Source: an uncultured Nitrospiraceae bacterium (GTDB lineage: Bacteria > Nitrospirota > Nitrospiria > Nitrospirales > Nitrospiraceae). From it: a stretch of 64,000 nucleotides of DNA. The position numbers and the translations under genes are program-made. The DNA lies in assembly GCA_963846575.1 (NCBI GenBank), contig CAWJWJ010000002.1:1472001-1536000 (forward strand). Direction: 5' to 3'. The notes beneath the pieces were generated by a model, which searched no databases, had not been told where the DNA came from, and saw nothing but the letters and a program-made list of their open reading frames with translations. This document shows positions 37,868-51,178 of the stretch, piece after piece; positions within the stretch are counted from its first letter, which is position 1; each line of letters opens with the position of its first letter.

Positions 37868-37887
37868 AACTAGGCAAGGCCCTAGTT
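37868..37887 (-). promoter_or_regulatory. Palindromic box AACTAGG-CAAGGC-CCTAGTT with -10 TAGACT (37842-37847)
   Basis: Perfect 7-bp arms; 20-nt spacing; upstream of ytxH-BON. Confidence 0.78.
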
Positions 37888-38315
37888 GAGGGAGTTTCCA
37901 GCCCATGCAGCGGTGGGCGAAGCTACTCGGCCCGGGATCCCGCGGGTCGGTCCGGAAATATTCCCGGACCCCGCAGAGTTGATGAAGGGAATAACTACGT
38001 AGGTCTCAGATGATCTGATCCGCAGCCGGTATCGCGCGTCCAACTTGGTTCCGGCGCAGGCCGGCGTGGACGCGCGGTCGGGACCGGCGCACCGGGCCGG
38101 AATGAGACAGAGGCGGGCGATGGCACGATCTTTGAGTTGATCCGTAGGGTGAAGTATGGGAGGATTGCCCCGTGGCAACCGACAGGCCGGGACGCCGGGA
38201 GTGGGCCGATGACCTGGTCTCAGCGGAGTCGGGGGAGCGGTCGCACAATGGCTCCGGGAGACCGGCGGAGTTTATGCAAGCTGATTGAATGTATTCAGCG
38301 GAGGGAGAGGAGCCG

Positions 38316-38726
38316 ATGCCGACAACGACACAATTTGTAGTCAGTGGACAAAGTAAGCCCGGGGTGCTGGCCGAGGTCGCCGCAGTGCTGGGGGCCGCAG
38401 GGGTCAATATCAAGGCATTCTCCGCGCCAGAGGTGACCGGGCCGGGAAAGCTCCGTCTGATCGTGGCCGACGTGGATGCCGCTCGGATCGCGTTGAGAAA
38501 ATCCAAGATCAAGTTTCGCGAAGAGACGGCGCTGATCCTGAGTCTGGAGAATAAGCCAGGGGCCTTGAAGCAGGTCGCCGATTCGCTGACCAGAGCCCGC
38601 ATCAACGTGAAGTGCGGCTATTGTACCCCCTCGCGAGAAGGGAAACGCGCCATTGTGGTGCTGACCGTGTCGAACACGACCAAGGCGCTAGGCGTGCTGC
38701 GCACCCAATCACTGGACGAATTTTAA
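38316..38726 (+). CDS. Tandem ACT domain protein
   Basis: SKPGVLA...GVNI; LENKPGAL...INV. Confidence 0.88.
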   Translation: MPTTTQFVVSGQSKPGVLAEVAAVLGAAGVNIKAFSAPEVTGPGKLRLIVADVDAARIALRKSKIKFREETALILSLENKPGALKQVADSLTRARINVKCGYCTPSREGKRAIVVLTVSNTTKALGVLRTQSLDEF

Positions 38727-38736
38727 CCCGCTCAGG

Positions 38737-39417
38737 ATGGGGGAGAAGAGCACAGGTCTCATCCGTTCTCTTCTCCTCCTGCTCCTACTCTCCCTTCCCT
38801 TCTCGTTCAGTGGCTGCTCCGGCTGGAGCCCGGCGCGTCCGACCTATCCATCCGGTAATCCGGTTGGATTCGTCGAACGGGGAACCGCTTCATGGTACGG
38901 GCCGGGATTCCACGGAAATCGCACGGCGAATGGTGAAGTGTATGATATGCATCAACTGACGGCGGCGCATCGAACCCTGCCGCTCGGCTCCGTGATTGAC
39001 GTACGGTCCCTGACCAATGGCCGGCAGGTGACGGTGCGAATCAACGATCGCGGCCCTTTCGCCCGCGGCAGAATCCTGGACTTGTCCTTCGCGGGTGCCC
39101 AAGCGATCGGCATGGTCGGGCGCGGGACCGACGACATTGAATTGCGGGTCATCCGGTATCAGGGCAGACCCGAAGGAACGGGGGTCTTTCGTGTACAGGT
39201 AGCATCGTTTGCCGACCCGGCGAACGCGGAGTTCTTAGTCGACCGACTCAAGGTGCGTTATCCCGGATCAAAGGCCGTGGGGATCGATTTGCCGGAAGGC
39301 CGGCGGTATCGGGTGTATACCGGGCAGTTCCAAGGTGAACGTGTGGCCGAGGAGGCCGCGTCATACCTGAAAAAGGTTTTGAATACCGATCCCATGATCG
39401 TTCGTGACGACGGCTGA
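38737..39417 (+). CDS. rlpA: Septal ring lytic transglycosylase RlpA with SPOR domain
   Basis: GTASWYGPGFHG, TAAHRTLP, INDRGPF; VQVASF. Confidence 0.92.
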   Translation: MGEKSTGLIRSLLLLLLLSLPFSFSGCSGWSPARPTYPSGNPVGFVERGTASWYGPGFHGNRTANGEVYDMHQLTAAHRTLPLGSVIDVRSLTNGRQVTVRINDRGPFARGRILDLSFAGAQAIGMVGRGTDDIELRVIRYQGRPEGTGVFRVQVASFADPANAEFLVDRLKVRYPGSKAVGIDLPEGRRYRVYTGQFQGERVAEEAASYLKKVLNTDPMIVRDDG

Positions 39418-39706
39418 GCTTCGCATCACGTGGTATTTGAGGTTGCGGGAGGGGCGAATCCAGCCGACGTGACTGATAGTACGACCAGTCCCCTTCGGCC
39501 TGTAATGATGCTAACCCTTGATGCGTCTCTCCGCCTGTGCTAATTGTATATCTGATGGATGATAGTGACCCGAGAGGACCGTATCCGGTTTCCTTCTCAC
39601 CCCGCAGGGCAACCCTTGCAGTTCGGACCACGGGCTCCGACCTGATCCAAGTATCCAGCATACAGAGCCACAGCTTCGTCCGGTCCTTTTACCCTCGATA
39701 GGTCTT

Positions 39707-43013
<3,307 letters not shown>

Positions 43014-44912
43014 TTACTCACGGATGAATTGGGCTGCAAAACTGCGGATCTCTTGACCGTTTAAGACATGAAACCGCCGCAACCGGTCGATCATCTGGCC
43101 GGAGAAGCGGCTCATGGGAATCGGGACCAGCTGTCGACCAAACTGCTTGGCAATCTGGCGCCAGCGGGCCTTGGGTGGAACGGGCGTAACCAGTGCCAGA
43201 TGCGTTTCTCGAGAATGGACGGCTCCCGCTGCAATCAAGCGCTCCTCGAGCGTCCTGGCGAAGCCGAGCGCCTCATCCGTCCACACGTCCGGAATCGCAC
43301 GAGGAGGGTAGATGAACAGGGCGCCACCATAACAAGATTGGCCGATGCCCGGGGCGACCATGTGGTTTAGGAATGGCGTGGCATAAAAACAGAGGGTGGA
43401 CTCCTGCGCATGTTCGGCGTACCAGGTGGCCTGCCAGCTATAGCTCTCCGGATCGGCCGGTGTATCGAACAGGAAAATCACGGTATCAACGTTTCCGCGC
43501 GCCGGAGGAATCTCTTTGACGTAGATCTCCAGCCTTTTCGGACGGCCTGGTTTCTGGCGCTGATACCAATGCCGCAGACTCTCCCGGATATCGATACCGT
43601 CTTTCATCGAGGTCGTGAACTTCTCGCTTTTGGCCAGATCGGCGCCAATGATGGCCTTCGCCTGGTCACGAACGTGGGTATGAAAACTTTCTATCTTGGA
43701 GTCTTCCGGAGGCCAGGAACATTGCCGGTGAGGATTCCAGAGATAAGACCATTGCCGGCTGGTACGGCGGGGCGGGCGGGGCCGGAGTGACAGGGAGCGC
43801 CAGACCACGGGGGTGCCCTGGAGCCGATTCGTCGCGTGGACGATCTGGTCGTCCGGCAACGCGAACTGGCCCAGCCCCGCCGAGATGTGAGGGAGGCGGG
43901 CCTGCTCGATGTCCTGATAGGAATAACTTTTGGCGGTTTCGAGCAGGCTGATGGCAAAGTCGTCACCGGCCATCTGTTTGGCGGCAAGGACCAACGTATA
44001 GAGGTCAGGTGTCAGGCGGCGGTCCAGCAGCGCCAGGTTTCGAACATAGTGCAGATACAGCTGCAGTAGCTGAGGCGTCACCCAGGTGGGAACGGCGTGA
44101 CCGTCCGTATCAGGGGCTGTCTGCGAGCGTGTGCGGGTTTCGAGCAACAACTCTTTGATGCCGTCGATGGACAGGTGCCGGTCCGAATGGACGCTGGCCC
44201 GCCGTCGTTCGTACAACTCCGTCAAAAAGGGTAATTCCCCGAGCACGAAATATAAGGATGTCGGTTCGACCAGGTACCGTTCCGGCCTGCCTGCCACGGG
44301 ATCGGGCGGGTGGTAGGCCGCTCGCTCCTGATAGGCCTGGCGAATCCAGGGCCAGTCCGCCAGGTGACAGAGGCACAGAATGTCAGCATGCTCCATTTCA
44401 AGCTGGTGGAGTTGAAAGGCCATCCAGGCGATCCGTGCCTGTTGTTGCGTCGTATCCGCAGGGGCCGTGAGGGTGGGTACCATCGCGGCAGCAAAGGCCG
44501 CGTATGAGAGGCGTTTCACGACATAGGGATCAGGAGACAGGAGGGGAACCGGCTCAACCAGTGCGGTTTCCCTGTCGATGTAGGCGCGGGGGATTCCCTC
44601 TCCGATGGCGACGCGTATGCCCATGATGACGGCCTGGCATGGATCGACCGGCACGTAATTTACCGACGCTGGACCATCCGTCCGATGTTCCCGCTGAACG
44701 ATCACACTGATCGTCGGTAGATCGGCCACGGCATCTTCAAGCGGTTCCTCAAAGGAAGGCGGCAACGGAACGGCCAGACAATCGCATCGGCGGTCGGTCA
44801 GCCGGTCTCGCACTTCCTGCGCGACATCGCCGCTTCCGTGCAAAATCGGGAACAGGCTTATGCGCGGGGACAGGCGAAAAACAGAATCGGCGGTAGAAGA
44901 TGGCACTGCCAT
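43014..44912 (-). CDS. Conserved hypothetical protein, partner of the MoxR-like ATPase
   Basis: 632-aa ORF overlapping the AAA gene stop by 1 nt; no motif recognised. Confidence 0.75.
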   Translation of the reverse strand: MAVPSSTADSVFRLSPRISLFPILHGSGDVAQEVRDRLTDRRCDCLAVPLPPSFEEPLEDAVADLPTISVIVQREHRTDGPASVNYVPVDPCQAVIMGIRVAIGEGIPRAYIDRETALVEPVPLLSPDPYVVKRLSYAAFAAAMVPTLTAPADTTQQQARIAWMAFQLHQLEMEHADILCLCHLADWPWIRQAYQERAAYHPPDPVAGRPERYLVEPTSLYFVLGELPFLTELYERRRASVHSDRHLSIDGIKELLLETRTRSQTAPDTDGHAVPTWVTPQLLQLYLHYVRNLALLDRRLTPDLYTLVLAAKQMAGDDFAISLLETAKSYSYQDIEQARLPHISAGLGQFALPDDQIVHATNRLQGTPVVWRSLSLRPRPPRRTSRQWSYLWNPHRQCSWPPEDSKIESFHTHVRDQAKAIIGADLAKSEKFTTSMKDGIDIRESLRHWYQRQKPGRPKRLEIYVKEIPPARGNVDTVIFLFDTPADPESYSWQATWYAEHAQESTLCFYATPFLNHMVAPGIGQSCYGGALFIYPPRAIPDVWTDEALGFARTLEERLIAAGAVHSRETHLALVTPVPPKARWRQIAKQFGRQLVPIPMSRFSGQMIDRLRRFHVLNGQEIRSFAAQFIRE

Positions 44913-45865
44913 TATCGGCCGGGGTGTAAAGGGTCGTCGCTTTCAAAGAAAAAATCGCCCAGGCCTTGCGGCAAAGCTTGATCGCCCAACGCGCGTTTCC
45001 GTCTCCGCGACTGGGTTGGCAGATCGAGCGCTTCCTCGCCCAGGACTTTGATGAGCGATTCCCGCCAGGCGGCATCGACGGATAGGGGGTCGGCTGGATC
45101 TTGCGCGCGGCGTTTCAAGGCGTATTGCAGCAGGTGAATACCGTCACGCACGGAGTAGTCGAGGCTGAGTTGGTGCGCTTCCTGCAGGAATTCGACCGTC
45201 ATGGCCAACATCTCCGCCGGGGCGAAGGGCAAATGGTAACGAAGAATCGCCAGTTCGTCCTCGCGAGCGGGGAAGCCCATGCCCAGCGTCGGCTGCAAAC
45301 GCGACAAGATGTAGTCTGGCACCTCATAGGTCGAGGCATCCTCGTTCATCGTGACGCAGCAACGAAAATCCGCATGGGCTCTGATCAGAATCCCCGCGAT
45401 GATGGATTCGACGCATCGCCGGTGATCCAGGAGAGAGGCCAGGGAGGCCCAACTTTTTTCGTTCATCCGGTTGCCCTCATCCAGGACACAGATGCTGCCT
45501 GTGAGGACTGCGGTGATGAGCGGTGAAGCGTGGTAACTAATGGTACCGGACTCCGCCAGCACCGGCGTAATCAGCAAATCCTCCGGACGGGTATCCGCCG
45601 TGCACTGAAAGACGTACAGGTTCTGCTTGCGCTCGCGTGCCCCCGCCATCGCCAGCGTGGTCTTGCCGATGCCCGGTTGTCCCGTGATGCGGGGTGAAAG
45701 GGGCAGGTCGCGTTCGTCGATGACCAGCCAGCAGGCCAGCAGTTGTTTGAGAATCTCCCGGTTTCCGATCCACTCCTGGCCCATAGTCATGGGCTGCGCC
45801 AGATGGAGAGTGATACCCTCAACGGTTACGGTTCGGGAAGCGGACGGCTGTGCGCTCAGTGACAT
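44912..45865 (-). CDS. MoxR-like AAA+ ATPase
   Basis: [17 protein letters not shown]...TMN. Confidence 0.88.
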   Translation of the reverse strand: MSLSAQPSASRTVTVEGITLHLAQPMTMGQEWIGNREILKQLLACWLVIDERDLPLSPRITGQPGIGKTTLAMAGARERKQNLYVFQCTADTRPEDLLITPVLAESGTISYHASPLITAVLTGSICVLDEGNRMNEKSWASLASLLDHRRCVESIIAGILIRAHADFRCCVTMNEDASTYEVPDYILSRLQPTLGMGFPAREDELAILRYHLPFAPAEMLAMTVEFLQEAHQLSLDYSVRDGIHLLQYALKRRAQDPADPLSVDAAWRESLIKVLGEEALDLPTQSRRRKRALGDQALPQGLGDFFFESDDPLHPGR

Positions 45866-46107
45866 GGTCTTTCTGCTTGCCGGTTGGATAGAATGAGGAG
45901 AACGAAATTTTCACCGACCGTAGCATAGGGGTAGGGAGAGGGTCAAACGAAGTTCCGTCCCATTTCGCTTTGACTTTCGCTGCCTTGGCCCGTATTCTTA
46001 CTACTTTCTCAGGCCGCGAAGGCGAAGCGGATGAGTCACCACATCGTTGCCTTGATCGCATGCGCACGCGATTCCTGAAGAGGAGCGGCAACCAAGGAGC
46101 GACATTT

Positions 46108-46794
46108 ATGATGAGCGAGTATAACGGACGGGGCAGGTTGGCGGCAGGGATTCCCATCGGACTGCTCGTGCTGAGCAGCTTGACCCTGGGCGGCTGCGTC
46201 ATGTCGGAAAAATACGAAGCCGAGAAGGCGAGAAGCTTGAACTTCCAGCGTCTTCTGGCCCAGGAGGAGAAGAGGAGTTCAGAACTCGACAGCGAGGTGA
46301 AACGGACCAAGCGCGAATTGAGCGAATACGAGGCGCGTAATCGGGAACTCGGCGCTCAGGTCGAAGCCGTGCGTCAGCAGGCGGCTCAAATCCAGGAAGA
46401 GGCTCAGGCGATGAAGGAAGCCTCGTTGTTGGAAAAACGGGCGCACGAGGATATGAAGCGTTTGACCACGATCCCCTCTAAAGGGAAGAAGGTGGCACCG
46501 CCGGCGAGGAAGGATTTTTCAGCGGAGGTCGATGAAGCGTTGAAATCCGATCCATCTTCCGAGATGAAACTGGATGCGGTCAAGGATATGCCCGGCCAGG
46601 AGCGTTCGGCATTGGAAGCCTTCGGCGCCGATCCCTCCTCCGAGACCAGCAACACCCACACGGTGCGCTCCGGGGACACCCTGTACCACATCAGTCAGAA
46701 ATACCATGTGGGCCTCACTCAGCTGCGCAAGTGGAACCATTTGACGAACGACACGATCCAGGTGGGGCAGAAGTTGATTGTCAGCCAACCCTAG
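46108..46794 (+). CDS. Coiled-coil lipoprotein with C-terminal LysM
   Basis: LGGC; HTVRSGDTLY.IS..Y...L.KWN.L....IQVGQKL. Confidence 0.88.
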   Translation: MMSEYNGRGRLAAGIPIGLLVLSSLTLGGCVMSEKYEAEKARSLNFQRLLAQEEKRSSELDSEVKRTKRELSEYEARNRELGAQVEAVRQQAAQIQEEAQAMKEASLLEKRAHEDMKRLTTIPSKGKKVAPPARKDFSAEVDEALKSDPSSEMKLDAVKDMPGQERSALEAFGADPSSETSNTHTVRSGDTLYHISQKYHVGLTQLRKWNHLTNDTIQVGQKLIVSQP

Positions 46795-46812
46795 CGGACC
46801 GTACGGAACAGG

Positions 46813-48309
46813 ATGAATAAGCCTCACTATTCACTGACACTCGATGAATTTCGCTCCCTGGCGACGGAAGGCAACCTCATTCCGTTGTACCGGGAAATTC
46901 TGGCGGACTACGAAACGCCGGTGTCGGCCTTTGCCAAGATCGATCACGGGCCGACGGCCTATCTCCTGGAGAGTGTCGAAGGTGGAGAGAACTGGGCGCG
47001 ATATTCCTTCCTGGGCAGCGGCGCTTCGGCAGTCCTTCACGAAGAAAAGGGAGACCTGCGGTTGATTCGCGGCAGAAAAAGCCGGTTGATTCCAAGCCGC
47101 GGTAATCCCCTGGAGCGGTTGCGCGAACTGATGGAGGAGTATCGACCGGTGACCGTGCCCGGGTTGCCCCGCTTTGTCGGGGGCGCGGTTGGCTATTTCA
47201 GCTACGATATGGTGCGGACGTTCGAGGAACTTCCCGTGCTGCGCAAGGACAGCCTCGGGATGCCGGACCTTGCATTTCTGCTGACCGACACCCTGCTCAT
47301 CTTCGACAATGTCGCCCAGAAGATCAAGGTGGTTGCCAACGCCCATGTAGAATCCACGAAGGAGCGGGACGTACGGGCCGCCTACCGGCATGCCACTGCT
47401 CGGATCGAAAAGATGATCGCTCGATTGAAGCGGCCGCTGCGGCAGCCTCGCCAGAAACGTCGTCGCAAACCGATCACCTTCACGCCGAACATGAACCGGG
47501 CCGATTTCGAGAAAATGGTCGTCCGGACGAAAGAGTATATTCGCGCGGGTGACATCGTGCAGGCCGTCCTTTCCCAACGGTGGGAAACGCAGATCCATAC
47601 CACGCCCTTTCAACTCTACCGCGCGTTGAGGGTGATCAATCCATCGCCCTACATGTATTACTTGCGAGTGGCCGGGGTAGAACTGGTCGGGTCGTCTCCG
47701 GAGACGTTGGTGCGCTGCGAGGACGGACACATCTCGTTGCGTCCCATCGCCGGCACGCGTCGTCGCGGCCAGACCGCGGAAGAGGACCAAGTCCTTGGAC
47801 GACAGCTCCTGGCCGATGAGAAGGAGCGGGCCGAACATGTCATGCTGGTCGACCTGGGGCGAAATGACGTGGGCCGGGTCGCCTCGCGGGGCTCGGTGAA
47901 GGTCGAATCCCTGATGCAAGTCGAACGGTACTCCCACGTCATGCATATCGTGTCGCAGGTCACCGGGGCGTTGGAGAAGAGCAGGTCGGTGTATGACGTC
48001 ATGCGGGCCTGTTTCCCCGCGGGCACCGTGTCCGGCGCTCCAAAAATTCGGGCCATGCAGATCATCGAAGAACTGGAACCGGCACGTCGCGGACCGTATG
48101 CGGGTGCAGTCGGTTACTTCGGCTTCTCCGGCAACATGGACCTCTGTATCAATATACGGACCGTCGTGATCAAGGGTCGACAGGCCTATATCCAGGCCGG
48201 GGCCGGAATCGTTGCCGATTCGATTCCCGAATACGAGTACGAAGAGACCTGCAACAAGGCTCGGGCCATGATGAAGGCGATCGAGCTCGCTGAGCAGGGA
48301 CTCGAATGA
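46813..48309 (+). CDS. trpE: Anthranilate synthase component I
   Basis: LLES, NPSPYM, EHVMLVDLGRND, FPAGTVSGAPK. Confidence 0.96.
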   Translation: MNKPHYSLTLDEFRSLATEGNLIPLYREILADYETPVSAFAKIDHGPTAYLLESVEGGENWARYSFLGSGASAVLHEEKGDLRLIRGRKSRLIPSRGNPLERLRELMEEYRPVTVPGLPRFVGGAVGYFSYDMVRTFEELPVLRKDSLGMPDLAFLLTDTLLIFDNVAQKIKVVANAHVESTKERDVRAAYRHATARIEKMIARLKRPLRQPRQKRRRKPITFTPNMNRADFEKMVVRTKEYIRAGDIVQAVLSQRWETQIHTTPFQLYRALRVINPSPYMYYLRVAGVELVGSSPETLVRCEDGHISLRPIAGTRRRGQTAEEDQVLGRQLLADEKERAEHVMLVDLGRNDVGRVASRGSVKVESLMQVERYSHVMHIVSQVTGALEKSRSVYDVMRACFPAGTVSGAPKIRAMQIIEELEPARRGPYAGAVGYFGFSGNMDLCINIRTVVIKGRQAYIQAGAGIVADSIPEYEYEETCNKARAMMKAIELAEQGLE

Positions 48310-48413
48310 CACAGGACCGGACGGCAGATAGCCGATAGCCTGGCGGAGGCCGAATGGACGTCCGTATAGTTCTCCGCATCCCGGCAGCCGGCCATCGGCT
48401 CTAGAGAGTCGCT

Positions 48414-48977
48414 ATGTTACTGATGATCGACAACTACGATTCATTCACCTACAACCTCGTCCAGTACTTCGGGGAGCTGGGTGAGGATGTGCGCGTCTAT
48501 CGCAACGATAAGATCTCACTAGCGGAGGTCGAAGCCCTGAAGCCGCGCCGGCTGGTCATCTCCCCCGGTCCCTGCACCCCCAAAGAAGCGGGGATTTCCG
48601 TGGAGGCGATCCGCTACTTCGGCGGGAAGTTGCCGCTCCTGGGGGTCTGTCTCGGTCACCAATCCCTCGCGGTTGCCTTCGGCGGTGAGGTGATCCGCGC
48701 CGAACGCCTCATGCACGGCAAGACCTCGATGGTTCGCCATGACGGCCGCACGATTTTCCGCAATTTACCCAACCCCTTCGAGGCGACCCGGTACCATTCG
48801 CTCATCGTGAACCGCAAGACATTGCCGGACTGTTTTCAGATCAGTGCCGAAACCGCCGAGGGCGAAATTATGGGCATGCGGCACAAAACGCTGGGCATTG
48901 AAGGTGTGCAATTTCATCCCGAGTCCATCCTCACCACTGCCGGCAAGGAGCTCCTGCGAAACTTCCTCAAGCTGTAG
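48414..48977 (+). CDS. trpG: Anthranilate/ADC synthase component II
   Basis: [21 protein letters not shown]. Confidence 0.93.
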   Translation: MLLMIDNYDSFTYNLVQYFGELGEDVRVYRNDKISLAEVEALKPRRLVISPGPCTPKEAGISVEAIRYFGGKLPLLGVCLGHQSLAVAFGGEVIRAERLMHGKTSMVRHDGRTIFRNLPNPFEATRYHSLIVNRKTLPDCFQISAETAEGEIMGMRHKTLGIEGVQFHPESILTTAGKELLRNFLKL

Positions 48978-49019
48978 CCGCAACCATCGGTCAGTTGACG
49001 CCAGCCACCGGTTCCCGGA

Positions 49020-50033
49020 ATGATCAAAGACGCGCTTCAAAAATTGGCCGAAGGAAACAGTCTTACGGAACTGGAAGCTGAAACTGTCATGGGTGAAATC
49101 ATGGACGGTGCGGCAAGTCCCGCGCAGATCGCGGGATACCTCATGGGCCTGAGAATGAAGGGCGAGACGGTGGATGAGATTGCAGGCTCTGTGCAGGCCA
49201 TGCGGACTCGAGCGAAGAAGATCCAGGTAGCCGACGCCCAGGTGGTGGATACCTGCGGGACCGGCGGTGATGGGGCGCACACGTTCAATATATCGACCAC
49301 CGCCGCGTTTGTGGTGGCGGGGTCCGGTCTGGCGGTGGCCAAACACGGCAATCGGTCAGTGTCCTCCAAGTGCGGCAGCGCTGATGTATTGGCGGCGCTC
49401 GGCGTACGGATCGAGCTTCCGCCTGAACGGGTCGCGGATTGCGTGAACGAAGTCGGCATCGGGTTTCTCTTCGCTCCGCTCTATCACAGTGCCATGAAGC
49501 ATTGCGCCTTGCCCAGACAGGAACTGGGAATTCGCACCCTCTTGAACATCCTCGGACCGTTGACGAATCCGGCGGGGGCGCGCTTGCAGGTCGTAGGGGT
49601 GTTTGCTGCGGGGTTGACAGAGTTACTAGCTCAAGTACTGCTGCGTCTGGGTGCGCAACATTGCTTCGTGGTGCACGGCATGGATGGACTGGACGAGATA
49701 ACCCTGACGGACCGAACCAGGATTTCGGAAGGAAAGGGAGGAGTCGTGTCGAGTTACGTGCTGGACCCGTCGGAGTTCGGCCTTCAGCGCGTGAATCCGA
49801 AGGAGTTTCTCGGCGGCAGCCCGGCAGACAATGCCCTCATGTTACGAGACATCCTTCGTGGGCGTAAGGGGCCGAAACGCGATCTCGTCTGCCTGAATGC
49901 CGCGCCGGCCCTGGTAGCGGGGCGGAAGGCGAAGACGTTGCAGGAAGGATTTCAATTGGCTCAGCGCACGATCGAGACAGGTGCAGCGATGGATAAACTG
50001 GATACGCTCATCGACTTCACAAAAAAGGTATGA
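49020..50033 (+). CDS. trpD: Anthranilate phosphoribosyltransferase
   Basis: DTCGTGGDG, KHGNRSVSSKCGSAD. Confidence 0.96.
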   Translation: MIKDALQKLAEGNSLTELEAETVMGEIMDGAASPAQIAGYLMGLRMKGETVDEIAGSVQAMRTRAKKIQVADAQVVDTCGTGGDGAHTFNISTTAAFVVAGSGLAVAKHGNRSVSSKCGSADVLAALGVRIELPPERVADCVNEVGIGFLFAPLYHSAMKHCALPRQELGIRTLLNILGPLTNPAGARLQVVGVFAAGLTELLAQVLLRLGAQHCFVVHGMDGLDEITLTDRTRISEGKGGVVSSYVLDPSEFGLQRVNPKEFLGGSPADNALMLRDILRGRKGPKRDLVCLNAAPALVAGRKAKTLQEGFQLAQRTIETGAAMDKLDTLIDFTKKV

Positions 50034-50040
50034 CGTCGCC

Positions 50041-50865
50041 GTGATCCTAGATCAAATCCTCGCCCATAAAAAAGCCGAGCTGCGGCACAAGAACAGCCGC
50101 GGGTACCTGGCGGATCTGAAAACCAAAATTCGTGATGCCGGACCGACCTTGGGATTTGCCGTGGCTCTTGACGCCTGCCGCACGGCGACGAAGCCGTCCC
50201 TGATCGCCGAGGTCAAAAAGGCCTCACCCAGTCTTGGTCTCCTGCGTCCCGAATTCGCGCAACGCTTCGACCCTGTGGCCATTGCGGACGCGTACCGGGC
50301 ACATGGCGCTGCGGCCGTCTCGGTGCTGACGGATCAGGATTTCTTTCAGGGCAATCTGGACTATCTGGCCGATGTCAAACGGAAGGTGGGCCTGCCGTCG
50401 CTGAACAAGGAATTCATGGTCGCCGACGTCCAGTTTTATGAAGCGCGGGCCTATGGAGCCGATGCCGTGTTGCTCATTGTGGCCGGTCTCGAGCGACAAC
50501 AGCTCATCGACTTCTCGGCCCTCGCTCACGAGCTGTCGCTCGATGTGTTGGTGGAAACGCATCACGAACGTGAGCTGGACATTGTGCTGGAATGGATGCC
50601 CGGCGTGCGCATGATCGGCATCAACAATCGGGACCTGAAGACGTTTTCGACCGACCTGGGCGTCACGCTCCGGCTGGCTAAACGCATTCCCGGCGACCGG
50701 TTGATCGTCAGCGAGAGCGGCATTCACAAGCGGGAGGATGTCGTGCGGCTAGTTGAAGCCGGCGTCCATGCCATGTTGGTCGGGGAGTCGCTTATCAGAG
50801 CCCAGGACAGTGGCGCGAAAATTCGTGAACTCTTCGGGGAGACTACAGACAAGGAGCAGGCATGA
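50041..50865 (+). CDS. trpC: Indole-3-glycerol phosphate synthase
   Basis: IAEVKKASPS, SVLTD, GINNRDL, SESGI; GTG start. Confidence 0.95.
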   Translation: MILDQILAHKKAELRHKNSRGYLADLKTKIRDAGPTLGFAVALDACRTATKPSLIAEVKKASPSLGLLRPEFAQRFDPVAIADAYRAHGAAAVSVLTDQDFFQGNLDYLADVKRKVGLPSLNKEFMVADVQFYEARAYGADAVLLIVAGLERQQLIDFSALAHELSLDVLVETHHERELDIVLEWMPGVRMIGINNRDLKTFSTDLGVTLRLAKRIPGDRLIVSESGIHKREDVVRLVEAGVHAMLVGESLIRAQDSGAKIRELFGETTDKEQA

Positions 50866-51176
50866 CAAGTTGGTGTGCGTTCACAGTGGCGGCGCTCATG
50901 CTGATGATCGCGGGTTGCGTCAACCAGGAGATACATGAATATTCCCCGAAGTGGGATTCCTGGATGGGAAGCAGCAAGGACGATCGCATTAAGGACATGG
51001 GCATTCCTACCAAGTGCCATTCCTTCAAGGACGGCGGAGAAGTCTGCGAGTGGTCGGTCCCCCAACAGGACGGGCGGCAAGACCTGATCGGGCTGACCTT
51101 CAACGGCCGGGGACAGGCCTGTCAATGGTCCTATCGAGGATTTTACGGGATGCAGAAAAGTCAGAGCAGCTGCTGA
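50862..51176 (+). CDS. Small Cys-containing lipoprotein inside the trp operon
   Basis: AGGAG RBS, ATGA overlap with trpC, IAGC lipobox. Confidence 0.75.
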   Translation: MTSWCAFTVAALMLMIAGCVNQEIHEYSPKWDSWMGSSKDDRIKDMGIPTKCHSFKDGGEVCEWSVPQQDGRQDLIGLTFNGRGQACQWSYRGFYGMQKSQSSC

Positions 51177-51178
51177 AC

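Noticed and set aside
46831..48312. 493-aa minus-strand ORF
   Set aside because: Antisense shadow of trpE; typical of GC-rich codon usage, no motifs
48325..48400. GATAGCCGATAGC...CCATCGGCT short inverted repeat between trpE and trpG
   Set aside because: Short and imperfect, a single copy here, no Trp-codon leader; not supportable as an attenuator or mobile element
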